Shown here: positions 28,373 through 44,018 of the stretch, piece by piece
How positions within the stretch are numbered: the stretch's first letter is position 1
How the letters are laid out: each line of letters starts with the position of its first letter
Made by a program: the position numbers and the translations under genes
Notes under the pieces: generated by a model
What the model was told of the DNA's origin: nothing
What the model saw: the letters and a program-made list of their open reading frames with translations, nothing else
Database searches by the model: none
NCBI RefSeq assembly: GCF_009914755.1
Contig: NC_060935.1
Source of the DNA: the human T2T-CHM13v2.0 reference genome, Homo sapiens
Strand: one strand, 5' to 3'
DNA length: 64,000 bases

Positions 28373-29923
28373 AAAAAAAGGATAGGGAAAAGATATTTCC
28401 AAACCACTGTACTTGCCATGGATAATTTTTGAAATGAATGACAACACCCAGAAGGAAATTTTATGTGTGTGTGTATATGTGTATGTGTGTACGCGTGTAG
28501 AGCGGGAATACACACACACACTACATATATATATCATGTTACATTTTTTTCCTCTTCCATGGGTCTATTTCAGACATTTTTAAGAATTAGCATAGATAGC
28601 ACAAATGGAAATTTTTTGGCCTTATTCCAGTCTACATCCTTAAAACTTCAAATAAAACATCCATATTTGGAGGCTTATTTTTCATGTTGTATAGTTTCAG
28701 TGAATGGGATCATTGGGAGAGAAAGTACACCATCGATATACAAGTTCATCTAAAATTCACAGCAAAACAGAATATTTTCCCACCATTATCAATTTTCAGC
28801 ACATTTTGTTTCAGATGTGTGATTGAGTCACTGAGCCAGGAAAATGTTTACCTGCAAAGTGAGCTAATAGAAATGGGAGAAGCTTTTAAGTTCTAAAATT
28901 TCAGTCATCTCTGTCTAGCGTCTTCCCTAGAGGAAGGAAAAAGTGGGTCTCTTCCCTTTTTTATTTTCCCTTGTTAATCACAAAGCCTCTTTGTACTGGT
29001 AGGGCCTTGATGGTGGCTGAGTGCTGGCTGTTTATCATGTTCCTGTCATCCTCAAATGCAAAATGTAAAGAGGAGGAGAACACAGCTTTGGGTTTTCAAG
29101 CTTTGTGACAGCTTAGGACCTCTGAATCTCAGCTGCTCTCAAATGCTTTCTAAAGTGATTTGATCACTGAAATGGATTATGCAATTTTTATGGTTTTGAG
29201 CTCTTTGGGCATGTTCAGAACAAGAATAATATTAAAAATCAGACAGTGGAAAACAATTGAGCTTATCAGGTTAGATTTCTTTTATTATCACAAAAGCATC
29301 CAGTTCTATTATTGGAAACACAATTGTTAACTTCTGTTTCTTCCTTGAATGTTAAAAAATGTTTGTTGTATTTGATAATTCCAAATTCTAATATTGTGGA
29401 TGAACCTTCCTTGCAGGGTGTCATTGTAAGATATTTTCAGGGATTCTTATGAAAGATAAGGCTTTCCTTATCTCACTTTTGAAAACCACCAGCAACTTCT
29501 ACTGATATGAAACACGTAGAGACATTTATTATAGCAAGCCTAACTTGTTGAAATTACTTGAATGCTAAGAAGTCTATAATCATTAAAATTCCGGTCACTT
29601 TCCTGAATTTATTATCTATTTTTTTTTGGATTTGTATTACATCCCTTTTAATTTTCTGTTACATTATAATATTTAACAAAAACTGTGTGAGTAAATGCGA
29701 GTTAGACTGATGGAGCTTTTACCTTCTTAAAAGAAATAGGCCTAATAAAATAGGGCATTAATTTTTTATTGTTCTTTGGGAAAACAGAAATAGTACTGAT
29801 AAGGATGAAAAAGAAAGGTTTTTTTTTTTAATCAAATGAGGTATTTCTCTTTATTGATTCCTAATGTGCAGTTGTTGTTAATAAACTGTTACAAATTTAA
29901 ATGTCTGATGTAAGGGCTATAAA

Positions 29924-30068
29924 GCAGTTCCCAAACTTTAACATTGAATCTTTTAAAAATGCAGATTAAGATTCAGTAGGTCTGGGGTGGGATGTGAGCT
30001 TCAGTAGTTCCAACACTCTCCCAGGCGATGCTAGTTCTGGTCCTCGTGTCACACTCTGAATAGCAGAG
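29924..30068. mobile_element. MER5-type hAT-Charlie MITE
   Basis: gattcagtaggtctggggtggg...ccaacactctcccaggcgatgct...cacactctgaatagca. Confidence 0.7.
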
Positions 30069-30549
30069 CCATAAGTCACATCAGGAAATAACTTCTGTAA
30101 TTGTCTTTAGAATCTGTAATTTTAAGAAATTCCAGAGAATTTAATTCCACTGCTTCTCTTGGCAACCTATTCTAGTACCTCACAACAAGTAGAGTCAAGA
30201 CGTTTTTCTCAACATCTTGAATTTCTGTAATGGGAATTTTCTCAGTTAAAACAGAAAATAGCTATTCATATAATTACTTTAGAAGGTCAAAGATTATCAG
30301 GTCTCTTTCCCCTCCCTCTTCCTTTCTTCTCAGCGCCAACCTCCTTTAATATTTCCTTATGTATATTTTGCCAAAATACATATTCTGCCTTGATTTATTA
30401 CCCAGTTTTAACTACAAATCTTCTATGTGGGTTAGAAATCATGAGTCTGTTAATTATTTAGTAGATGAATTGATAAAATAGAGACTTTTCTTATCCAAAA
30501 TTTCTCGTTAATTAATGTGTGAAACAAAAAAATTAGAAGTCTCCGTTTC

Positions 30550-31680
<1,131 letters not shown>

Positions 31681-34600
31681 TCCTGTTATATTGTTGTATC
31701 AATCAGCTACTGTAAACACAACCATAAAATCTGAGTGGCATATAACAGCAAGCCAATTATCTGGCCAGCTCTGTTTCATGCTGCAGGTCTGTGGGGGCAG
31801 TTGGGGAAGTTCAGCTCCCCATATCTTCATTTTGAGCCGTGAGCGGAGGGGACAAAAATCTATGCAAGGAAGGCTGTCTTCATAGCAGTAGCATGAGATT
31901 TGTTTCTATTAACATTGTCTACAAAATATTGGATACATGTATACATTAAGTACTTTATTTCAATTTAGCACATACATATCTGCTCATTTACCAAGGCGTT
32001 TTTTGTGAGTATGAGTTGCCTAGGTGGAGTTCTGAGTTGTTTTTGTTATAAGATATTGTCTTTTCAAAGCATTCAACTCAGTTTTCATGGAAAAAAAAAA
32101 CCTTTCTTCCTTTTTGTTTTATGTAATATGTAAGCCAGTTACGTAATTACATTAAGAAGTACAACTGACATGAACACATTTGGGGACAAATACAGCTGAG
32201 TCTTGACAAGCATGTAACAACTAATATGAAGAGAGGTGTATGTGGTCCTATTTGGAGTAGTGTTTTATTTTTGAGCAATCAATGTGCATATTAGAATATT
32301 TACAGAGAAAATAAGGAAACTAAGATAAATTTGTCCTATTTAATCTCTTAAATGGAGATTGGATACAAGAACTGTTACTGTGAAGAGCACATTTTGAAAA
32401 TATTTGCTAAATTCTGATTCTTCATATTTTGTTACTGCAATATCATCATCACTGTCCTCTTCTCCATTCCTTTAGAATTTTTTCCATGTCTTAAAGCTGT
32501 CAAGATTTGGCTCCTACCATTTTTGCTTTGGCTCATTATTTATCCTAGTAGAGCCAGACTTCACTCATACTTTTACTCTAGGAACTGGTTGACATATTTG
32601 ACATATGTCTTGATTCTTACGTATTAAAAGTAACTGAAGTTCAAAAATTCATAAACTGTAAGCTGATTTAGTGTTCTTTTTAGTCCAGTATGTTGCAACA
32701 TTTCATAAATAAAAGTGTTATTCTCTAAAGTGAATAATACCAATACTTAAGTTTCACAGAATCATAGGGTTTTAGAGTATGAAGCAAAGTAGAGATTATG
32801 TAATAAGCATTGTCTATTTTCTGGTGAAGAAAATGAACGTGAAAAATTTTTGTAGCTTTTCTTAGATCACACAGCAGTTAGTGGCAGAGACAGAAGTGGA
32901 ATTTTTGCATAATTTACTTTCAAATACCATTAATTATTTTAAAACAATTGAATATTTTGAAATTTATGTGAGGGACATGGCAAATAGACCCAGTATTATT
33001 TTTGTACTCGTAAATACCACATTGTGATGGCAAGCCTTTTAGAAAGGAAATATGAAATTAAATGAAAAACCTAGAAATTAAGGAAGATAGAAGTTTGGTA
33101 AAAAAATTCTTAATGTATATTTTGGATTTTACATATGACATAGTTTAAACTGTAGTGGAAATATCATACCATGTCATGGAATGCTTTATCTTTCTATTTG
33201 AAATAGTAAATATTTCTAATTAGTGCTGTTAAAAATTTTTGAAATTCCTTTATTGTGACTAGGTTTTAAACTAGAAAAGAGGATAAAAGCTACTTTGTAG
33301 TCAGATGTCTATGATCTCTGTCTATGTTTCAGTCTCTCTCTCTCTTTTTTTCTCCTCTCCTCCCCAATCTCACTTTTCTTTTCTGTTCTTTTTCTTTTCT
33401 TTTTTTTTGTTGTTTGTTTTCTGCTTTTACTTTAATTTATAATGTCTAGGAAGTAACTAGTAATCCACTATGGCACCTAACATTATTAGTCATGTCATTT
33501 TAAGTTTGACAAGTATGTAGATAAATGGTATTTTAGATCCAAATTAAATTTATGTTACTGTTTATATATTATTGATAGTTTCTTTTTAGTAGGAAGGAAC
33601 TATACTTTGCATTAGCATATGTTTATAATCGCTCCTGATCTTTTATCATGAATTGATCACTTTTTCTTATGAAATGTATTCAGATATGTATTGAAGACTT
33701 ATTTGAATGCAGTCTGTACATTTTAAGAATTTCAGCTGTTTAATCTCTACAATGTAGTTCCAGCCTTAAGCTCACTGTATATAGTCAGTTGTCATTTAAA
33801 TTCAGTCTTCCAGATCTATGGTAGGTTAATTTTATCAATAAAGTCAAAAAAATCTTAAACTTTATTCTTTGTTTATTAGCTTTAAGGGCATTATCTTGCT
33901 TATAGTATTAAAGTTCATTTTGTTGAGAAATAATTGACTAGATTTTCAAAGAGACATAAAAAGAGATTGTGTGTTATTTTAAAGCTGTGAACTACTTGAA
34001 ATGTCATGAGATGGGTCTGAAATTAGTTGTAGAATATAGTTATATTATAGGTTATACATTCTTATTTTCTAGAGTAAATTGGCCACAGTAATAATAAGCT
34101 ACAATTAAAACATGAAACTTTGACATAAAGAAGAAATTGGAATGTTACTCACAGCTGTTGTCATAAAAGAGATTGACTAGAAATTTATTGTCTATTCACA
34201 CTTAGATCAGCTCTTTTGGAAGGAAGAAATTTAGAGCTAGAACAAATAATATTTAATGCTCATTTTATAAACTGATAGTGAGAAATATAGCTAGAAGCCA
34301 AGATTTTTAGTCCTACACATCTGGTTGTGATGATTTTGGAATCTTTACACTCTGATAATATGTCTTTGTTATGATTTTAGAATATTTTCTGGCCCATTCA
34401 TTAAGCAGATATGGAAGCAAGTACTGAGTCAGACCAAGTTCCTGTCATCCATGAAGAATACTGGACTCTTTTCATTCTGAAAGAGAACAATTCTTTGGAT
34501 TGTTTCAGGGAACCATTTTACCATATTACATATAAATTGAGTCTATTACTCCTCAATGTTTTCTCTTCTCTTCTTTTTCCTCTCTTCCTCCAAATTTGTT

Positions 34601-36740
34601 TCTTTTGTTTGACTACTATGTCAGATCAAATTTTAATAAGCATCTAAACACTTCTGGAAAATAATTGGTATGCACCTTTTATGAAATATTTGAACGTTCT
34701 CTTAAAGATGAATTTAACCCAATCAGCCACCATTTGATAGCATATTTAAAGAAAATAAAAGAAACACTTAACTTTAAAATAGTGTTTAGGTGGCTTGTAT
34801 AGGATGCCAAATTATCTCTGAGATAAAAACAGGAGCACATGGTATTTTGTATTTCATTTCATCCCTTAGGTCATAGCTTATTATTAAACATTGTATAGAA
34901 AATATCAGTGATCATTGTATGCACTGAGTCAATTTCTTATTGAGAATCTTCCTAGTTTTCTCATTGTTCCTTGAGATTCTGAGAAAGTAATTTAAGATCT
35001 CTTTACGTGCATATAATTTGTAGTAGTATACTGAGCTATTGATCTATTAGCCTTACAGCTAAAAGGTTTTCTTGAAATCCTTTCTGTTTTTGAACAAAGA
35101 TTAAATGTTATTCATGACTCACAGTAATGAAAAAGGAAATATTTATTTTGAGGATAAGCCAATTTATATATTATTGGACATTGCACAGACCACCCAGGCC
35201 TGAAGCCTACTGTTTATAGTTAAGGATTTTAAATCTACATATGCTCTTGAGGAGCCAGAGTTATCTATATTACAACTGGAAAGTTTTGTGTCTGCAAAGG
35301 GTAATAATTTCATGTTCTCCACCCCTAAGTCCCTCACCCTTGGCTGGTAAAATTCCTGTCAAGATTATTTTATTTCCACAAGAGAAAAGGCTCTTTGGAC
35401 CTCAGTAATAATAACATTGTGAAATTTCATCTATCAAAGGACTGATGTTTTAATATTGTTGGAAAACACTAGAGTCGTATTTGTCTTCAAAATCAGTTTG
35501 TTTGAATATATATGTATGTATATATAGCAGAATGTAGCTGACTTGTTTTTAGTGCAAATTTCTAGTTTCTTTGAAGGTTTATTTTCCTGGCCATCAAACT
35601 TTAGAATTCTTCAAGGATTGGTTCTAGTCTCCCTTATTGTCTCTCTTTTTTTCATTGTAAATAATTTATCCCATGCTTATAGCTTTAACTACTATCTAAT
35701 GTAATAGGAGGGGAGAAAAGAGAAAATGGTGCAAAACAAAAGCTATCAGACATGAATGAACCTCCTCAGCTTCCCATTAGAAGGTCATATCTGTTAGCTT
35801 CTATGGTTCTCACTAAAGCAGGAGGCAGGGTCTTTGCTGAAAGAAAGGATAGAGGGTCAAAGGCCTGAAGAGAATTTATGTGGTTTGACGTACTTGTTTT
35901 GTATAGATCAGACTAAAATGACAGGTTTACCTGGGCTGTATTCAGGATCCCTTTGAGTGTGGTGATTATGTTTTGTTGTGTGGTTTTCTCTAGCAGTACA
36001 TAGTTGCCTCATTATAGGCATGGAGAAGGTGATTAGTTTCATCTCCGGTTGGAGTTTTGCCAGGTGGAGGTGATGTAAGAACTGAGGAGAAAGGAGCTTA
36101 AGGTGGTAGAGTGTTTCCTAGGGTCATAGAATTTAAGCTGGATAAGGAGGATAGTGAGAAGAAAGTATTGGAAATGGAAAGAACTATGGAGCTAATGAAT
36201 TGGAAGTGTCTTAAGAGTCCAAAGAACTCTGCCATGAGTGGTAAGTGAGGTCTAGTTATACATTCATATAAAATGTGTGTTATATTATTAACAAGTTAAC
36301 AAAAAGCAATATTAGGATTTTAGTTCCTTCATGGAGAGGGAATGGATGAAAAAAATAATCATCTATTTATTTCATTTATTTAGATATATAGGAAAAGATA
36401 GATTTTGAGCTGAGAAAGTCCTAAATGATAAGTAGGAAGTCACTTTCTAATTTCCTTCTTTTACACAAGATAAGCATTCTAGCCAACCTTCTCTAAAGAA
36501 TGGAAAACTTGCTGTATCTGATTTCACATGATTGTGGGGGCTTTATTATATAGCAAAAGAAAAACAAAAGTGTTTTTGTGAAAAAAACCATTTCACTGGA
36601 AAGGTATTTTTGTCCACGGAAGTTAATAGTAAGCATCAAATAGTTATGTAAGTTTATTTCTTTTTTTATTTGGATTTCGTGATTGTTTTTTGTGATACAC
36701 TATATAAAAACTTCATGAAAGTATAGAATTATATACGTGA

Positions 36741-37080
<340 letters not shown>

Positions 37081-37178
37081 ATGATCAGTGTTCTTATTTC
37101 CCTGTAATACAGTGTGCCCTAGAGTACAGGATAACTAAACAAAGTCCTGTTCACATGTTCACTTTCAGGGGAGATTAA

Positions 37179-37592
<414 letters not shown>

Positions 37593-38192
37593 TGATTATA
37601 TACCCTTTGTCTATCAATGATTGCATTTTAGATGACTTAAATTTCTAACAAATGATTTAAGAATTTAAACTGGAATGAGATAACCTTCTTAATCTTTGTT
37701 TTAAGAGTGTATTAAGACCAAAATGTAAATCTTTAGGGTCAAGAACATTGAATGGATGCTCATAGATTTAACAAAGAATTCTATTTTGTCTCCTATTTGC
37801 TATTTTTTTTTGGCTGCACAATTAGTAAACCCAATTTACTAATGTTGTTGATATTCTTTATTTGTTTTGTATGTTTTGTTGCTTGTGGAAACCTGATTAG
37901 AGCTTTTGAGAGTGTATTTCGGTCAGAAGTGATTTATTTTGTGTATTTAAGCTGGATTCCAGCTGTTTGAGGTTTTTCTCTTAGAAGCCTAAGTTTCAGA
38001 TAGCATCTAGATTGAAAAGACAGTTCTGCTTAAGATGCCTATCCTAGTCTTTCTTAAATAGTTTAAATTATTTGTTTTTCTAAGTTTCTTATAAGTTTAT
38101 TTAGATTTTTACCTTAAAAATAACAATTTATGCTTAAACTTGTTGTAGAGGTAGGATTATAGATTTTCAAAATCGCTTTTAAAAATGGCTAG

Positions 38193-39550
38193 TTTTTTTT
38201 TTTTGAAATACGCAATGCACATTTTATTTCTCATTTATCAAAGCCTGGATTTCCTAATTCTTTTTTTTATTATAGTCTTTTAATTAATAACAGCTACAGA
38301 TATAAGCTTAGAGTTTCCCCCCTACTACACATTGTCCCCGAGGGGACAGAAAAGCATAATCTACTAAGAATCTTGTAATAGATTTCAAAGAGGAAGTTTG
38401 CTTTAGGGTTTTTTTTTTTTTTTTTATGAGGAAGCTTTTTTTTTTTGTGCAAGTGTGGATTTCTTTTCTTTTTTTTTTAAATTATTATCATACTTTAAGT
38501 TTTAGGGTACATGTGCACAATGTGCAGGTTAGTTACATATGTATACATGTGCCATGCTGGTGTGCTGCACCCATTAACTTGTCATTTAGCATTAGGTATA
38601 TCTCCTAATGCTATCCCTCCCCCCTCCTCCCACCCCACAACAGTCCCCAGAGTGTAATGTTCCCCTTCCTGTGTCCATGTGTTCTCATTGTTCAATTCCC
38701 ACCTATGAGTGAGAACATGCGGTGTTTGGTTTTTTGTCCTTGCGATAGTTTATGAGAAGGATGATTTCCAATTTCATCCATGTCCCTACAAAGGACATGA
38801 ACTCATCATTTTTTATGGCTGCATAGTATTCCATGGTGTATATGTGCCACATTTTCTTAATCCAGTCTATCATTGATGGACATTTGGGTTGGTTCTAAGT
38901 CTTTGCTATTGTGAATAGTGCCGCAATAAACATACGTGTGCATGTGTCTTTATAGCAGCATGATTTATAGTCCTTTGGGTATATACCCAGTAATGGGATG
39001 GCTGGGTCAAATGGTATTTCTAGTTCTAGATCCCTGAGGAATGGCCACACTGACTTCCACAATGGTTGAACTAGTTTACAGTCCCACCAACAGTGTAAAA
39101 GTGTTCCTATTTCTCCACATCCTCTCCAGCACCTGTTGTTTCCTGACTTTTTAATGATTGCCATTCTAACTGGTGTGAGATGGTATCTCATTGTGGTTTT
39201 GATTTGCATTTCTCTGATGGCCAGTGATGGTGAGCATTTTTTCATGCGTCTTTTGGCTGCATAAATGTCTTCTTTTGAGAAGTGTCTGTTCATGTCCTTC
39301 GCCCACTTTTTGATGGGGTTGTTTGTTTTTTTCTTGTAAATTTGTTTGAGTTCATCGTAGATTCTGGATATTAGCCCTTTGTCAGATGAGTAGGTTGCAA
39401 AAATTTTCTCCCATTTTGTAGGATGCCTGTTCACTCTGATGGTAGTTTCTTTTGGTGTGCAGAAGCTCTTTAGTTTAATGAGATCCCATTTGTCAATTTT
39501 GGCTTTTGTTGCCATTGCTTTTGGTGTTTTAGACATGAAGTCCTTGTCCA
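38193..39550 (-). mobile_element. 5'-truncated L1PA (38461-39550) with a 3'-transduced segment (38205-38460) and second poly(A)
   Basis: ORF2 C-terminal fragment at 38895-39551 plus 3'UTR; 17-bp TSD taaaaatggctagtttt at 38180-38196 and 39551-39567; AATAAA (minus strand, 38223-38228) 18 nt from the distal poly(A). Confidence 0.92.
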
Positions 39551-40783
39551 TAAAAATGGCTAGTTTTAAAGAAGGGGAATGTGTTAAAAAATTACTTCTA
39601 CTTTAAGAATTTTAATTAGCTAAATTAATAGCATTCAGTAGGTTGTCTGTAAAAAGTCCTACAATATATAACTAAAGAACATTTCCTTAGTGTTTCTAAT
39701 TCAGAGGTTACATCCTCTTTTAATATGAAGAGGAATTAAATCATTCCCACCATATGATTTGTCATATTTACTTTTTCCTCTGAAACTAAGTAAGACTTTT
39801 TGTAGCTCTCCTGTACTCCAGAGCACACTGTTCTTGTGGAGAAATAAGAATATTTATCATGACATCAAGTTTCTATAAACTATTGCTTTTTTATTTTAGT
39901 CACCAAAATATAAGCAATTTTATATGTAATTTTGGCTTATAGGACTTATCAAACTTTTCCTCTATTATTAAAGTTGAGTTTTACAAAAATCATAATGCAT
40001 AAATTTAAAAAATGTTAACAATATTTTCTAGTCAGACATGAGCTGTCATTATTCTTTGGCTACAGATTGCTGTGTATTTTCTCTCACAAGCTTTTTTTTT
40101 AGAAACTTTTTCAGATTCAGATAATAAATACCTGAAGGAACACCTGAATAAATCATAATTCATTTTGTCTTCATGTGACTCACAGTGATAAAATACTTTT
40201 CATGAAGCTTGCTATATCAGGTTACCTATCAGTTTACTTTTAGGAAGGTCATTGTGATTGCTGCCTTCTTGACTATAATCTTTAGAAGAAAGACCTCCTT
40301 GAAAATTATATACCACCACCAAAAAAATATCTGTAATCATTGTCTTACTTAGTTTAGGAGCTGTTCAATTTGATCAATAACCAGCCCCCAAGAGCTACAG
40401 TATGGTCACATTAATGTACTATGAATTTTTTTATGATTTCAATATGAATGAAGAGAAAAAAGTTGTGCCATGCATTTTATTACCACCCTATGAACTTTAA
40501 TCTTTAGAAAGTCACTTGATGTCTGCAGGCTGCAGTTACTTTCGTGATTATGTAAAACAGCATTGTCCAATATGGTAGCCACTAGCACATACGGCTATTG
40601 AGCGCTTGAAATGTGGCTAGTCAAATGTAGATTGCCGTAAGTATAAAGCATACATCAGATTTCAAAGACTTGGTATGGATAAAGAATGCAAATATCTTAT
40701 TAATAATATTTTATATTGATTATTTGTTTACATGATAATATCTTGGATATATTGGGTTAAGTGAAATATATTATTAAAATTAA

Positions 40784-41080
40784 AGCCTGGGTGCAGTGGC
40801 TCATGCCTGTAATCCTAGCACTTTGGGAGGCCAAGGTAGGCAGATTGCTTGAGCCCAGGAGTTCAAGATTAGCCTGGTCAACATGGTGAAATCCCCTCTC
40901 TATAAAAAATACAAAAAAAATACCTGAGCTTGGCAGCATGCGCTTGTTGTCCCAGCTGTTTTGGAGGCTGAGGTGGGAAAATCACCTGAGCTCAGGAAGT
41001 CGAGGCTGCATTGAGCAGAGATCATGCCACTGCGCTTTAGTCTGGGTGATGTCAGAGTGAGACCCCCATCTCAAAGAACA
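40784..41080 (+). mobile_element. AluJb-like
   Basis: gattgcttgagcccaggagttc; gtcgaggctgca. Confidence 0.92.
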
Positions 41081-41169
41081 ATTAAACTAATTTTATATAT
41101 TTCTTTTTACTTTTAAAAATATGGCTACTAGAAAATTTCAAATTACACATATAGCCTGCATTATATTTC

Positions 41170-41483
41170 TTTCTTTTTCTTTTTTTTTTTTTTTTTTTTA
41201 AGACAGAGTTTCTCTCTGTCACCCAGGCTGGAGTGCAGAGGTGAGATATCTGCTCACTGCAACCTCCCCCTCCCTGGTTCCAGCAATTCCCCTCCCTCAG
41301 CCTCCTGAGTAGCTGAGATTACAGGCACCCGCCACCACGCCCAGCTGATTTTCTTGTACTTTTAGTAGAGACGGGGTTTCACCAGGTTGGTCAGACTGGT
41401 CTCAAACTCCTGACCTCAGGCAATCCTCCCGCCTCAGTCTCCCAAAGTGTTGGGATTACAGACTGGAGCCACCGCACCTAGCC
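41170..41483 (-). mobile_element. AluS
   Basis: Full dimer; TSD agc(c/t)tgcattatatttct. Confidence 0.95.
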
Positions 41484-41582
41484 AGCTTGCATTATATTTC
41501 TATTGGATGACTCTGCTCTAGAAGATGTAAGATGACCTCTGTGAACCTTTCTAGTCTCAGCACTGTGATGATTCTTAAAAAA

Positions 41583-41892
41583 TTTTTTTTTTAATTTCTA
41601 TTTTTTGTGATGGGATCTCACTCTGTCACCCAGGCTGAAGTATAGTGGTGTGATCACAGCTCAATGCAACCTTGACCTCCCAGGCTCAAGTGAGCTTCCC
41701 ACCTCAGTCTCCTGAGTAGCTGGGACTATAGGTGTGTGCCACCATGCCTGGCTAACTTAAAAAATTTTTTTTGTAGAGATGAGGTCTTGCTCTGTTGCTG
41801 GGCTGGTCTTGAACTCCTGGGCTCAAGCAATTCTCCTGTTTCAGCCTCCCAAAGTTCTGGAACTACAGATGTGAGCCATCATACCCAGCATC
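41583..41892 (-). mobile_element. AluJ
   Basis: J-type dimer; TSD cagcactgt(g/a)atgattct. Confidence 0.93.
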
Positions 41893-43806
41893 CAGCACTG
41901 TAATGATTCTGATTGATGCTCTGATTAATTCTGGAACTATCATTTTATTTTTAATTGTTACAATGTCTCTTTTAAGGATTTTTACAGTATGTTATTTTGG
42001 TATGTAGAGCTCTCGGAAAGTTCTTTTTTTAAAATGTCTTAGTACATTAACCATACTCTGAAAGAATTTAGCCTGTAAGCTTTTAGGCTATAGCCGATAA
42101 GCCTAGGTCTTCTCATTTTTGAAGCTGGACCATTCTGCCTCGTTATAGCAATTATCCTGTCTTTCTTCCATCTTATTATTGTTTAAAAACCTCTTATATT
42201 TATTATTCTCAGTGATTTTATTTATTCCATCCAAAGCTTTGGACCTCTTTCTTCACTAGGGCTAGGATACTGTAGTAGAAATAGAATGTAGGATTTAGAT
42301 TAAAGACTTAGCTTCTAAATCTGGTTTCTTTTTTTATTAGCTGAGCAATTCTGGACAAGACACTTTGCTAAGCCTCCTTTTCATCTGTAAATCTGATGTT
42401 GTGAGGATTAAATAAAATACCATACAGATATTGTTATTACCTACCCGTGTTTATCAGAGATCTTTTCTTTTCAGACTTCTTGACAATATTTGACTTCAAG
42501 GATATTATACTTGTCTAGTATCCTTTATTATTTGCCATTTATTCTTTTTATCATTTTGATCTTTTCTTTCCTTTATCCATTGATATTCTTGGTTCTACCA
42601 ATCTTTAGTCCATCAGACTATGGTTATAAAGAAAAATAGAAGAAACATATTGTATTGCTCACAAAATGAAAATCATCACTTGGAACCTGCACCTAGATTT
42701 GTAAAAACTGAACTAATAAATTCAGAAAAGAATCTCAAACACCAAGCTGGAGAAGGGAGAATAAGACAAATTGTTGGAAACCAGACCCAAGGGAAAGAGA
42801 GAAAGGAACTGAACTACACTGAATATATGTCATGTTCCTGGCATTGCTTTTGTTAGATAATTGATATATTACTTTATATTATGCACAGCAAAATCTTTAT
42901 AATAAATCTTTTAAGGGAAGGTCTCACCTATTTTATAGAGGAGGAAATTGAGTAACAGGCGTATTAAATAACATTCTCCTAGGCTATTTGGGTCCTTATT
43001 GTTTATTTGCATTTTTCCCCCCAAGATCATTGTTTTGGTAAACATTGTTTACTTTGGACAGTTGAGTTATATGCTAATTATGTAGGTAGAGTTGGTCTCA
43101 AGTATGCTAGCAAAAATAAATGAAACTTGAGTTTTTAAACAAGGATACCAGATATGAGATTTATGAAATATATTTTGCACTGTTTCGGAAATGTAGTTCT
43201 CCTGACCATCCTTTAGAGTGGGTTGAGTGGGTAGAGTGGGTAGTAGTAATAATTCAGGAAGCCATTCCTTCCTAATCTAGGTATGTCGACAAAACTTTCA
43301 GGTCTGAAGGCTGCTGAACACTAAATAATTCTAAATAAATGAAATAACTAAATAACTCTAGCTATTCTGCCACCTATTCCCTTTACTGGTAGGCAAAGCT
43401 AAATTGGTAACTGTAAATCTGTGAATTATGCCATGACTTTCAAGGCGAAATCCAGACGTATTTGAAATGTCTTCACAAATGTGGCTTATAACAATCTCTG
43501 CCCTCTTCCCTCAAATGTTTTCTCTCTGTCTATACTTTTCTGCTTATAAGCTCCTTACTGCCCTATTCTCATACATGTCTTTCTTGCGTTCTACTAGTAC
43601 ATTCCTCCTTTCTGAGATTCTTTTTCAGAAAGACTAAAATATGCTAAATATCTTCTTGTGCTTTAGAAGTCTTACGGCAAAAATTCTGTACTGACTCAAG
43701 GATACAATACTTAGTAGGAGTGAATGAACTCTTGAAAAATATATTTTCAACTCCATGTCCTCATATTCTCATATTAAAGAAGATTAAACAAGATAAATAT
43801 CATTTG

Positions 43807-43912
43807 AGCCAGGTGTGGTGGCTGATGCCTGTAATTCCAGCAGCTCAGGAGACTGAGGCAGAAGGACTGCTTGAGGCTAGGAGTTCAAAACCAGCCTGGG
43901 CAACACAGCAAG

Positions 43913-43957
<45 letters not shown>

Positions 43958-44018
43958 ATATATTTATATATGTGTGTATATATATGCGTATATATTTATA
44001 TATATGTATTATATATAG
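43807..44018 (+). mobile_element. FLAM/Alu left monomer with a (TG)n(TA)n tail
   Basis: Monomer ending gcaacacagcaagac, then a TG run at 43915-43954. Confidence 0.85.

Larger units (their letters stand above)
40558..41515 (-). mobile_element. MER33 (hAT-Charlie) split by two Alus
   Basis: tgtccaatatggtagccactagc...cttgaaatgtggctagtc...ggctactagaaaattt...cattatatttctattgga. Confidence 0.85.

Noticed and set aside
27270-28395. TSD for the TOMM22 retrocopy (gggaaaag on both sides)
   Set aside because: Short, not flush with the 5' junction, and not reliable
34411-34647. ATG-initiated 78-aa ORF (MEASTESDQ...) in unique sequence
   Set aside because: No recognised homology, low-complexity hydrophobic tail, and no convincing splice donor
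38461-39550. Truncated L1 as a direct daughter of the local full-length L1
   Set aside because: Its transduced 3' tag does not match the L1MA sequence flanking the full-length element
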